Position numbers and translations under genes: made by a program
Notes under the pieces: model-generated
What the model saw: only the letters and a program-made list of their open reading frames with translations
Database searches by the model: none
Told to the model about the DNA's origin: nothing
Part shown: piece after piece, positions 30,569 to 40,252 of the stretch
Numbering within the stretch: position 1 is the stretch's first letter
Layout of the letters: every line of letters starts with the position of its first letter
Origin: a virus
IMG/VR virus record: IMGVR_UViG_3300010391_000273
Span: 34,576 to 98,575 of that record
DNA length: 64,000 nt
Strand: one strand, 5' to 3'

Positions 30569-30664
30569 GGACCTGTAGCTCAATTGGTAGAGCGGTAGGC
30601 TTATATCCTACGTATGCCCTAGATTGGGGCGCGGTTGGGGGTTCGAGTCCCTCTGGGTCCACCA
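30569..30664 (+). tRNA. tRNA with TAT anticodon (Ile, AUA) and a long variable arm
   Basis: GGACCTG/TGGGTCC-A-CCA, D-arm GCTC/GAGC, GTAGG-CTTATAT-CCTAC, 25-nt V region, GGGGG-TTCGAGT-CCCTC. Confidence 0.9.
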
Positions 30665-30969
30665 TTTTCTCTGACCTTGTACCATCCATTAGGATTATTT
30701 ATGACTACAAAAGTTAAGATAAAAGTAGAGCGGCCTACCACTGATCTTATGCTACTTAGCGATTTAACAGAGGGGGACTGGTTCATTACATGTCCAATAG
30801 GGATTACTAAGCCATCTACGATTGGTGTTATAGTAGATGGTAAGCCCTTCTATCCTTGGTGGTATGGAAAATCTTGGAGGATTGAGAACTTAAACCAATC
30901 GAGAGTTAGAAGAATAGATAAATTAGTTATTCGTGAGGGCTGTGAAAGATTTACAACTTAAGGCTTAAT

Positions 30970-31941
30970 ATGAGTTATTTAATTGGCTGCGATCCTGAGT
31001 TGTTCCTTTCTAGAGGTGGGAAGACTATAGGATCTGAGCGAGTTGTCCCTGAAGTCAAGTCCATTGTTATGAGGGATGGGATTCAGGTTGAGCTTAACCC
31101 GCCTGCGAGTATGAGTCCAGCCATTTTAGGCTCATGGATAAGCCAAGCCTTTCGAAACCTAGATAGAATGGTTAAGGCCCAACCTGGGGTTGAGATTGAT
31201 TTTAATGAGGTAGTAGAAGTCGAACGGGCTGAACTGGATAGCTTGAGTGAACGATCGAGGATCCTCCTTTGTACTCCATCTAAGAATATTTATGGCCCCC
31301 GGCCTAGTATGAGTGAGGCTGAACGGGCTGCGTATCGTATACGGTCGGCTGGGGGCCATCTTCATTTTGGTCTTAGAGGCGATCTGTATGATGAACGATT
31401 GAGGATGGTCACTTGGTTCGATGTTTTTGTAGGGAATACATGTGTCTTAATTGATCGGGATCCTAAGGCAATCATCAGGCGGGAACATTATGGAAGAGCT
31501 GGAGAGTATAGAATCCCTAATTATGGTCTAGAATATAGGACACTCTCAAACTTCTGGCTTAGGAACTTTACTCTTCTAGACTTCGTATTTAGCCTTTCTA
31601 AAATTGCTATTGGAGTTGTAGAAGATAGTTTAAATGGAGGAGAACTTGAAAGTCGCCTTATAGAAGTTGTAGATATTAACCGGGTCATTAAGGCGATTGA
31701 TGAAAACAATTTAGACTTAGCTTGGAAAAATTGGAAAGACCTCACTATCTTGAATAGATCGCTTGTTGGCTACACTGGTTCCAAACTTGGTCTATTTAAC
31801 CAGTGGCCTATGTTGAGTCTTATGGCTTGGTTCGAAAAGACCGAGAAAAATGGTCTTGATAAGGTTTTCTTAGGAGACCCAGTTGATCATTGGCTACGTG
31901 GAAAACAGGTTCCATTCTCAAGTTATATCATGCATGCATGA
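30970..31941 (+). CDS. phiEco32-like COOH-NH2 ligase type 2
   Basis: IGCDPELFL, DGIQVELNP, RSAGGHLHFG, RREHYGRAGEYR, GLEYRTLSNFW. Confidence 0.9.
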   Translation: MSYLIGCDPELFLSRGGKTIGSERVVPEVKSIVMRDGIQVELNPPASMSPAILGSWISQAFRNLDRMVKAQPGVEIDFNEVVEVERAELDSLSERSRILLCTPSKNIYGPRPSMSEAERAAYRIRSAGGHLHFGLRGDLYDERLRMVTWFDVFVGNTCVLIDRDPKAIIRREHYGRAGEYRIPNYGLEYRTLSNFWLRNFTLLDFVFSLSKIAIGVVEDSLNGGELESRLIEVVDINRVIKAIDENNLDLAWKNWKDLTILNRSLVGYTGSKLGLFNQWPMLSLMAWFEKTEKNGLDKVFLGDPVDHWLRGKQVPFSSYIMHA

Positions 31942-32068
31942 TCATACATGATTGTAAGGGAGATCTAAATTATGGGGAGAGAATCCAAAGTTAGAAAAGA
32001 GAGAGTTATTAAGAAGTCCGGGACCAAAGTTTATGCTACAGCTGAAGAATTGAAGGAAAGAGGTTAAG

Positions 32069-32551
32069 ATGGACGCGGAGCTATCTAAAAGTGGGGTAAG
32101 TTGGGGATCGATTTCTGTAGATCGTAGATCCAAGGGCCAGAATATATGGGTAAGACTCGATCCTAAGGTTGAAGAGCTTATTCAATCCGCATCAGAAGGG
32201 GGAGGGTATACAAATTCTCTAGAATCGTTTGGAAGGACTTGGGTAGGTATAGATCCCACCCCCAATATCAAGTGCTATGCCTTAGATCGATCACTAGATG
32301 GACCTACATATATTTTATCTAATGTATGTGGTCCTATCAAAGACTCTAAGGGTAGAACTAACCTCAGCTTCCTGACATTTTGTGGAATTGGTAAGCCGGA
32401 TGGGGTACGGTTCCTGATTCTAGGTCCGGTGCAGGCCGAAAATGTAAAGGAATATGGTAAGAATATCGTTCGTGATATTACCTGTTTCTTGAGAGAATAC
32501 CTTGTCCCCGTCCACATTGGCATCAATATCTCCGTGAGTGGATACTTCTAA
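32069..32551 (+). CDS. hypothetical protein
   Basis: GAGG SD; lies within the ligase cluster. Confidence 0.6.
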   Translation: MDAELSKSGVSWGSISVDRRSKGQNIWVRLDPKVEELIQSASEGGGYTNSLESFGRTWVGIDPTPNIKCYALDRSLDGPTYILSNVCGPIKDSKGRTNLSFLTFCGIGKPDGVRFLILGPVQAENVKEYGKNIVRDITCFLREYLVPVHIGINISVSGYF

Positions 32552-32582
32552 CCTAAAACGATCATGTTGGAGCACTTAATCT

Positions 32583-33353
32583 ATGGTAAAAGCTAAACCT
32601 CCAGTTGTAAACCCCCTAAATATTGATCATTTACTTGGTAAAGCTTGGAATAGGGTAGCCAAGATCGGTGTCGAACTAGAGGGTGGTTGGATTAGGCCTA
32701 TCGTGTTACCTAAGGACTATAAGTTTGAGGGTGATGGTAGTGTATTTGGGCATGGTTCAACTATTTCAAGTCACCCTAGATATGGAGATTTGACAAAAAA
32801 GGGAGAACTGGCAATTGGCCCAATGCTTCCTGCCCAACTCTCAACTTCTATAAAGAAGTTTTATCCAGAACTTATAGATATTACATGTGGAATGCACGTT
32901 CATATGAGCTTTGGTAGAGTATATGAATACATGCTGTTGTCTGATTCTCCCGTGTATCAAGAGACGGTCTTACACTATCTTCTCAAGTGGGCTTCTAAAG
33001 AAAACTTCCCTAGTAGTCATTATATTTGGGATCGGCTTAAAGGTCTCAATAAGTTTTGTGTAAAGGAATTCTGGCCAGATAGTCAAATCACAAAGACAAA
33101 TAAAGATTATGGAATGTCGGGAGATCATCGTTATACAGCCATCTCCTATCAGTGGTCCAGGTATAAGACTGTTGAATGCAGGGTACTTCCCATGATGGAG
33201 ACTCCAGAGATGGCTATTCGAGCAATTCAAGAGGTTGTAAAGATTACCAATGCTTTCCTCATTACTACTGATAAGTCAAAGGTTAAGGGGGGAGGCAAGA
33301 TTGAACTCCCAAATGGGGAAATTTACGAGGAATGGCTAGAGGTTAGAATTTAA
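32583..33353 (+). CDS. putative amidoligase
   Basis: IGVELEG, DGSV, GEL, TCGMHVHMS, RYTAI, TVECR. Confidence 0.85.
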   Translation: MVKAKPPVVNPLNIDHLLGKAWNRVAKIGVELEGGWIRPIVLPKDYKFEGDGSVFGHGSTISSHPRYGDLTKKGELAIGPMLPAQLSTSIKKFYPELIDITCGMHVHMSFGRVYEYMLLSDSPVYQETVLHYLLKWASKENFPSSHYIWDRLKGLNKFCVKEFWPDSQITKTNKDYGMSGDHRYTAISYQWSRYKTVECRVLPMMETPEMAIRAIQEVVKITNAFLITTDKSKVKGGGKIELPNGEIYEEWLEVRI

Positions 33354-33404
33354 GGATTAGGCTTGATCAGAGGATTAATTTCTTGTTAGAAAGAGGGTAG
33401 CTAT

Positions 33405-34406
33405 ATTTGCGTTATTGTTCTTGTTGACTCGGAGAAGAAACGTCCCTCGGAAATCATGCTTGATCTGATGTGGGAAAAGAATCAAGATGGGGGTGGAGCT
33501 GCATGGCGAGAACCCCAAACCAATGGAAATCCCCTTGTATGTTGGGAAAAGGGATTGATGAAAGATGCCGGGCTTGCAAGAATGAAAGAGCTTGTTAAAG
33601 TCTTGCCTATTCCCTTTATTCTTCATTTTAGGATTGCCACAATTGGTGGGGTGAAGCCTAATATGACTCATCCATTTCCAATTGATGTAAATGGGCCAAA
33701 TGAACTCAGTGGTAAAACGAGCGGGTTTGTCCTTTTCCACAATGGAACCCTACGGGATTGGGATAAAGAGGCTAGAATGCTAGCTTTTCATACAGGAACA
33801 CGTATCCCCTCTGGGAAGTGGTCTGATTCTAGGGCTATTGCTTGGATGTGTTCTGTTGTAGGTAATGGCCTTATGGAATGGTACCCAGATCAAAAGGGCT
33901 TGGCATTTGGTCCTATGGGTTCAGACATTTTTACAGGAACCACTGGATGGGATCAGGTGGAAGATCCTGTAACTGATGAGAAGATTTGGTGTTCGAATAA
34001 CAATTTTGTATCAACTCCCCATAACGGGTTCTATACTATTACCCCATATTGTAATGGGGAGCGATCATGTTTTCGGAAGGATGTAGGAAAAGATGGGCGT
34101 TGTCCTAACCATCCATTGATTACTGATCATACTCAACCCAAAGCTCTCCCCCCGGCGCCGGGGGTGAGCCCGATCCAGATCCCTTTTCCTCCAACGCCCA
34201 AGGATTCGGACAATCCACAGGGGCCGATACTCTCTCTCGAAGTAGCATTGCGGGCTTGCGTACAGGGGAAGATAGGGAAGGATTTCCTGGGGTCGGTTCA
34301 GAGGGCACACGAACGGATGAAGAAGGGTGGCAAGGACGGGGACAGGGCAAAGAGAACCCTGATCATATGCGGGGCGATGCCTCCTTTCAGTGGGCTGCAG
34401 GTATAA
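33405..34406 (+). CDS. class II glutamine amidotransferase (Ntn hydrolase), predicted AUU start
   Basis: N.DGGG, HFRIAT.G, THPF, FHNG, SDSR. The catalytic N-terminal Cys (TGC 33408) follows ATT 33405, with a GAGGG SD. Confidence 0.85.
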   Translation: MCVIVLVDSEKKRPSEIMLDLMWEKNQDGGGAAWREPQTNGNPLVCWEKGLMKDAGLARMKELVKVLPIPFILHFRIATIGGVKPNMTHPFPIDVNGPNELSGKTSGFVLFHNGTLRDWDKEARMLAFHTGTRIPSGKWSDSRAIAWMCSVVGNGLMEWYPDQKGLAFGPMGSDIFTGTTGWDQVEDPVTDEKIWCSNNNFVSTPHNGFYTITPYCNGERSCFRKDVGKDGRCPNHPLITDHTQPKALPPAPGVSPIQIPFPPTPKDSDNPQGPILSLEVALRACVQGKIGKDFLGSVQRAHERMKKGGKDGDRAKRTLIICGAMPPFSGLQV

Positions 34407-35014
34407 ATCAACCCAATCGTTACAACCAAAAAGTTAAACACTCAACTATTAGTGGATCAGAGATACAGAAGGGTGAGTCTCCATGTGTCGATTGTGGAAG
34501 GGCATATTATCATCTACCTGGTTGTTCACTCGATGATACACGAACATCAAAATGGTCCGGGTCTGAAATTCCACCGGAAAATTGCCCATGTTCAAAGTGT
34601 GGGGGTACTTATTTTCATGCTGATGATTGTATTGACGATTATCTAGGACAGGTTAAGGATGCTGAAATCGTTGATGATCATGATCCCATGGATAACAATC
34701 CCAATAAAAAACAGGGTAAGTGGAGTTTAACTAAAGCCCCAGTAATTTGTAAAATGTGTTTCGGAGAAAATGGGCATCGAGCCACATGCCCAACACGACT
34801 GGAAAACCCTAGTACCCCCCATATATGTACAAAGTGTGGGATGGAAGATACCCCCATTCATACCGAGAGAATGTGCATCATCCGGCAGGCAGCTGTAAGA
34901 ATCAGGACTAAGGAAGATAATAAACCCTGTGAAAAATGTGCAGGAACACTTGCACACTTCTGGCCATGCACAAATGTGATACTCGTAGATAGTAAGGATG
35001 TAAAGGTCCAATAA
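34256..35014 (+). CDS. protein with five CxxC-x(5-7)-H-x(3-4)-C Zn-knuckle repeats (start uncertain)
   Basis: CVDC..H..C, CSKC..H..C, CKMC..H..C, CTKC..H..C, CEKC..H..C. Confidence 0.65.
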   Translation: MRTGEDREGFPGVGSEGTRTDEEGWQGRGQGKENPDHMRGDASFQWAAGINQPNRYNQKVKHSTISGSEIQKGESPCVDCGRAYYHLPGCSLDDTRTSKWSGSEIPPENCPCSKCGGTYFHADDCIDDYLGQVKDAEIVDDHDPMDNNPNKKQGKWSLTKAPVICKMCFGENGHRATCPTRLENPSTPHICTKCGMEDTPIHTERMCIIRQAAVRIRTKEDNKPCEKCAGTLAHFWPCTNVILVDSKDVKVQ

Positions 35015-35331
35015 TGGAAAATAATGAATTACGTATTGACCCTGATGAAAGTAGGTTTGACCTGTCTGTACTAGAAGAAAGCTTAACATCTGATGAGGAT
35101 GATGATCCTGACGACGATGAAGAAGTCGAGGAGCAGGTTCAAATAGACCTTAATGATGGATTGATCCTAATTAAGCGAGCTAAGACACTCATTGACTATA
35201 TATCAGACCCCTTGCTATGTAAGTCTATCTCTAAGCGGGAGCGTGAGGTCATGTTCAAACTGTCTATGCAACTTGGTGATTTCCTAAGTTCTACTGTCCC
35301 AAGTTATGAAGGTGTTGAGGATGGATTATGA
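35014..35331 (+). CDS. acidic hypothetical protein
   Basis: Coupled start; D/E-rich N-terminus. Confidence 0.6.
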   Translation: MENNELRIDPDESRFDLSVLEESLTSDEDDDPDDDEEVEEQVQIDLNDGLILIKRAKTLIDYISDPLLCKSISKREREVMFKLSMQLGDFLSSTVPSYEGVEDGL

Positions 35332-35434
35332 GTGAAATTTCTTATACTAAACTTTACACAACGTAAGAACATATTAAGTGGCGCAATTTACTCGCCGAGA
35401 TGAATTATGATCGGGCTGGAAGGAAACATAGTTT

Positions 35435-36175
35435 ATGATCTATCTATATAGTACTAAAACCTACCCAGGATTGGAAAAACTTACCTCATCTTTAGGGGCG
35501 TTTCGTCTTTATAGGTTTGATGGAGAATCATTCTGGTCAAAGAACCGGAAAAATAGAATTCATATCCCATCTGGGAGTGTTGTTATTCCTTGGGGGGAAA
35601 ACCTTCCAGAAATGGAAGGAATAAAAGGCCTCAACGGCAGTGAAAAACATTATAATGAGGTAGAAACCACCCAACTACTCAAAACTTTTGGGGTCTCAGT
35701 TATTCAAAACTGTCATACTAAGAACCTATCAGTAAACTATATTCCTAGAGCGTTTGGAAAAAGTTTATCAATTGAGGAGGTTTCTTGTCCTGATTATTTT
35801 TCTTCTAAACTGGATTTTTCTGATGAATATGTTATCCATTCATTTGATGGGAAATCTATTCGAGCTGGTATAAAAGCTCCAGTATATAACATGGGCGGAC
35901 ACCCATGGATTAAAACCCGAGCCATGGGTTGGAAAACAGATTTCACATGGAAATCCACACCACTTCTTAGAGGATTAGCTCATAAAGCTGTAAAGTCTCT
36001 TGGATTAACCTTTGCCTCAGTTACAATTGGAGCAGTTACAACTTCTGGTAGCTTTGTTATTATCAATATAAATCGTGCTCCCGATCTGTATGACACTAAT
36101 ACAATTATAGCCTACACTAAAACCATTCTAAGATGGATTAAGGGTGAGAATATAGAGGTACCAAATGCCATATAG
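35435..36175 (+). CDS. ATP-grasp ligase 3 (divergent)
   Basis: VIPWG, EYVIHSFDGKSIRAG, HPWI, AVKSLGLTF, ININRAP; the canonical E-x-N has become N-x-N. Confidence 0.7.
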   Translation: MIYLYSTKTYPGLEKLTSSLGAFRLYRFDGESFWSKNRKNRIHIPSGSVVIPWGENLPEMEGIKGLNGSEKHYNEVETTQLLKTFGVSVIQNCHTKNLSVNYIPRAFGKSLSIEEVSCPDYFSSKLDFSDEYVIHSFDGKSIRAGIKAPVYNMGGHPWIKTRAMGWKTDFTWKSTPLLRGLAHKAVKSLGLTFASVTIGAVTTSGSFVIININRAPDLYDTNTIIAYTKTILRWIKGENIEVPNAI

Positions 36176-36416
36176 AGAAGATGATCATGATGACCCTATT
36201 GATGATCTTATTGGTGATGATGACGAGATATACGAAGAGGATCCTTGTCAGCATTGTGTCTGTTATATTGATCATGGTACTTGTTGTGATTGTGGTTTGG
36301 ACAACCTAAATAGCCCCAATAATATTCCTATTTATCCCAGTGAAGTAGATACAATCTATCCACCACTTGTTATTAGTGTTACCGATGATGACGGTTCTGA
36401 AGAACTTAAAGACTAA
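36165..36416 (+). CDS. small acidic Cys-cluster protein with C-terminal DDGSEELKD
   Basis: GAGG SD; overlaps the stop of ATP-grasp 3. Confidence 0.65.
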   Translation: MPYREDDHDDPIDDLIGDDDEIYEEDPCQHCVCYIDHGTCCDCGLDNLNSPNNIPIYPSEVDTIYPPLVISVTDDDGSEELKD

Positions 36417-37009
36417 TTTATGATCATGCATGATCATATATGATTGTAAGTATTTTTATAGTTGGGTCGTTGACTATCTATTTCACATGCTGGCAGGATG
36501 ATTATGATAAACCTAAAAAATCTATTCCACTTCTATAGATACTATCGCAATTTTGCAGTTGGGATCGGTTTTGAACATACGTTTAATGGGTACTATGCTG
36601 CTCGTTTTGGGCTTGGATTCTGGTGTTTCTCTATCACTTGGAAGAATGGCGTGAGCTTATGACTCTAGATGAGTTTTATGATGAGCCTGTAAAGACTCCA
36701 ACGAATGTTATTTTGAAACCTGATCCACCAGCTATCCCTTCGATCATTACTCCCTGTACAGAAGAAAAACCAGACTATAGTGGTTTTGTGACTGAAGATG
36801 GTAGACTTGTCCATATAGACGAGTGGTATTATTAGGACTCTGTATGATCATGCATGATTGTAGGGTGGATTGTTAAAGTTGGCTAACACATGTGTATGGA
36901 TTCTTTTAAGTCCATATTAGAATGTGATACTCGTAGATCGCTCTGAAATGTTAGCAAGATCCTAAGTATCGTGGTTGGGCTATCTTAGAATGACATACTT
37001 AATATACGA

Positions 37010-37441
37010 ATGGTTATGATGCCAAATCTTAAATACTTTGACACACAATGTTGTGCTATGCAAGAGATAGACAAGCTAAGTAGCTTTCAAGATGACCCTA
37101 AGGGGGCTATGATAAGCTTCTGTAAGGATAATTTGGGTAGGCCTGTTGTATGGAAGGTGAGGGATTCAGGTGGGAACGATAAAGGAGCCTTAGGAGCTCT
37201 ATTTTCATTCTATTTCTTTACAGCTGCGGTTTATCATGGTAAAGTAAGCTATGGGGCCAAATTTGCTAAGTTTATTGAGGATGAAAAGCTCGGAACCTTA
37301 ATCTCTACTCCGGCCTTGGTCAATTATGCATATCATTCAGATCACTTGAATCAGGTCTGGATTTGGATGCCAAATCTGAAAGCTCTTGAGACATGGTGGA
37401 AGGCTAATCAGTCCCCCAGGGTTGCTAGAAAGGACTATTAA
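37010..37441 (+). CDS. hypothetical protein
   Basis: 143 aa; colinear. Confidence 0.6.
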   Translation: MVMMPNLKYFDTQCCAMQEIDKLSSFQDDPKGAMISFCKDNLGRPVVWKVRDSGGNDKGALGALFSFYFFTAAVYHGKVSYGAKFAKFIEDEKLGTLISTPALVNYAYHSDHLNQVWIWMPNLKALETWWKANQSPRVARKDY

Positions 37442-37444
37442 ACT

Positions 37445-37999
37445 ATGTCTAATACTTGGAACTTGGATGATGGTCTTAAGCTTGTACGAGCGTTACAACC
37501 CGAAACGCGAAGATATGGATACCATCTAGCGTTAGGCGGGAGTGTCCTGAATAATGGAATATCCCGTAAAGACATAGATTTATATTTTCTTCCCATGGAT
37601 TCTAAGCAACTAGCCCCACTAGGGCCTAATACTGAGGCCCTTATAAAGTGGCTTGTTAAGCTGTGGGGCAACTATGAAAACATAGGCAAAAACTATGACG
37701 ACGACGAGGTTCAAAGTCTAACATTAAACTCTTCTCCTTTTGTTATTCATGATAGCGTCGGTGTGATCAATCGCCCTATACCTATAACACCTTCGGAATA
37801 TTATGGTGTACCAGGAAATACCATTCGTTTACCTATATCTGAGACAATAGACACCGTTCGTCTCCCCGATCATGTTCTAGACAGTCTTTTTAATGAGCCC
37901 GCAGCCCCTTTAAAGCCTATGAACAATGGTGGTTATAAGTATAAGTTGAAGTTCAACAGGAACAATTCGGGTGACCGTATTGATGCCTTTATTATCTAG
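37445..37999 (+). CDS. nucleotidyltransferase-like protein
   Basis: ALGGSVL...SRKDIDLYF matches hG[GS]x(n)DhD; C-terminal RIDAFI. Confidence 0.6.
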   Translation: MSNTWNLDDGLKLVRALQPETRRYGYHLALGGSVLNNGISRKDIDLYFLPMDSKQLAPLGPNTEALIKWLVKLWGNYENIGKNYDDDEVQSLTLNSSPFVIHDSVGVINRPIPITPSEYYGVPGNTIRLPISETIDTVRLPDHVLDSLFNEPAAPLKPMNNGGYKYKLKFNRNNSGDRIDAFII

Positions 38000-39379
38000 C
38001 AAGATTAAGCAAGATAGTTATACCATGAAAACAAAGAATATAAATGTCTGGGCTATAAAACTTAATAACATTTTTGTGGAGCTGCGGGCAACTTTTGGTC
38101 CAGCACATATACGAGTTTCGCTTATTAAGAACCATAAGATAAACCATATGGAATATGGTTATAATTGGGCAACATGTAGGTATGATATAAAAAGACCCAC
38201 ATTCGATGAGATGCCCTTCAAGCAGTCCCAATTTATAGGGGGTAGATTCTTGGGTATCACAAGAACGAGAAATCTCAAAGTTAAGTTTTCTCGTAATAAC
38301 GATGTTACAAAACTTACCCCAGCACAGGCTAAAGTAGTATTAGATCGAGTGTGGAGAAAGAGGAATTTGTAGCCTACGGTGTCGGATCAAGTGCAATCGT
38401 AAAAAGGAAACTACTAAATGTCTGGTGATATCAATGATTTTGAAATAGTCTGGAGCGGCTCATTACATAGAGCAGGTCTGGTTCCAAGCCTCATAGGCGA
38501 TCGGGATACGAAGGTTACAGGATTCTGGGAACCTCCACATAGACTCTATAATATCTCGGGCAAGTTCATTGGGAAGTTTAAACGTAAAACCACAAGTAAG
38601 GGGCTAATCCTAGAGAAGATTAAGCTTGACAATTACGATGAAACAGTAGAAGCTAGAAATGATTTTTAAATTGGATTTTTAAAGGTCAATTATGACTAAG
38701 AAAAAGAATATATCCACTCTAACCCTTGAACAAGAGATAAACAAATTAAAACACATTTATGGTTGCCATGAGTGTGATCCACATGGGCTAGGTGGAACAA
38801 TGGTTGAACTTGACGATGTACTAGATCTACTTAGTAAATACAGTCTGTTAAGGTGGAAAAATGATAAATGATATGATTAATAATCTTAAAGATTCTAGTG
38901 GTAATGGCGAAACAGTAATCAAAGCAACAACCTTAACGATTGAGTCTACCTTAGAAGCCGTGGTAGAGGGCCTAGGTCAGGTTCAAGAATCTCTAGATGA
39001 ACTTAAGGCCCAACAGGCCGAGATTATAGAAAAGCTAAACAACCTCAACCTGGATAATGATGGATTTGAAGTGTATGAAGACAGCTAACACCATGCATGA
39101 TCATAAGGATTAAAACTATGACCGATCGTAAAAAGATAAAGACTGAATTTGGGGCCGATAAGGAAGCCGATAAGGTGCTTAATAGGCTTCCCAGACTCGA
39201 TCCTAAATTCCTAGCAAGTTTAGGGTGGCTCGCCTTCCTAGCTATAGACGTTTCGGGGAGGCTATGTATTGCTATTGATGGGGGAGGCCTACTCTCTATT
39301 AATGAGCGGGATCTATGTTATATCCACGGAGATGAGATTTTCGAGGCCTAAAGGCTACGATTAAATATGATTGTCATAT

Positions 39380-39455
39380 TCGGGATTAGCATAACGGTAG
39401 TGCGGGAGGCTTTGAACCTCCGTCAGTCGGGGTTCGATTCCCTGATCCCGAGCCA
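39380..39455 (+). tRNA. tRNA-Gln(TTG)
   Basis: TCGGGAT/ATCCCGA-G-CCA, GGAGG-CTTTGAA-CCTCC, GGTTCGATTCC. Confidence 0.93.
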
Positions 39456-39649
39456 ATTTTTAGGTAGTCCCCGAGCTACCTAAGAAAGCTGCCCCGGCAG
39501 CTTAGAGTGGTGAAAGTCCACACCGGGCCATTTTCATGATTATGTTTAATCGTATGCATGATCAAAAGGGCAAATAGGCGTTCATAGAGCCATGATCCAC
39601 ATCATGGCTCAATAGCCTAAGGGGTTCCCTCATCTTTTGGATCAGTCAT

Positions 39650-39707
39650 GTCATGATGTACGATAGTGCTCTCCAAAAGCACTTTTCGCAGTTCGATGCC
39701 GTCGCCA
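39650..39707 (+). pseudogene. degenerate tRNA-Trp(CCA) remnant
   Basis: GTGCT-CTCCAAA-AGCAC arm, GTTCGA and terminal GCCA, but no intact acceptor or D arm. Confidence 0.45.
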
Positions 39708-39711
39708 ATTT

Positions 39712-39785
39712 GGTTCCATCGTTCAATGGCAGGACGCATGATTGTCTATCATGTCATCGGAGTTCGAATCTCCGTGGGACCGCCA
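39712..39785 (+). tRNA. tRNA-Asp(GTC)
   Basis: GGTTCCA/TGGGACC-G-CCA, CATGA-TTGTCTA-TCATG, CGGAG-TTCGAAT-CTCCG. Confidence 0.92.
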
Positions 39786-40252
39786 TTAATTTTATCATCC
39801 TGAGCAGGGTGATCCCGGATCGGAGAATGGGTGTTATCAATACTTTTACTTGTGTTTATTATGTTTATCCTTATGAATAAGATAAAGGGTTAGAATGGAA
39901 GTTTATTGGCGTGTTAAAGGAACAGCTTACTGGCACTATGGTTGGAAAACTTCAATAGGAGATGGCTTGGTTCACATGGGTTTGTATAATGGTGATACAA
40001 CTCGCGGACCAGTTTTTGACCTTGTTGACATCGAAACCAGGCAATATAAAAGAGTTTAAAATTTATGGTAAAAAAGGTTTGTTATCCAGATAAATCTAAA
40101 TGGCATCGATGGTTTGCTTGGTACCCAATTTATATCGGCCCAACTCATACTGAAACTCACTATTGTTATCATAAAATTTGGTGGGAGTGGGTAGAGAGAC
40201 AAGTCTATAATAGTTATGATGGGGGCTTTTGTATATATCGTAAGATCGAACC

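Noticed and set aside
30507-30689. Minus-strand ORF (and plus-strand ORF 39653..39880)
   Set aside because: Shadows of tRNA genes.
39456-39530. Theta/HDV-like ribozyme in the tRNA trailer
   Set aside because: I could not build the nested double pseudoknot starting at the tRNA 3' end; kept only as a generic structured element.
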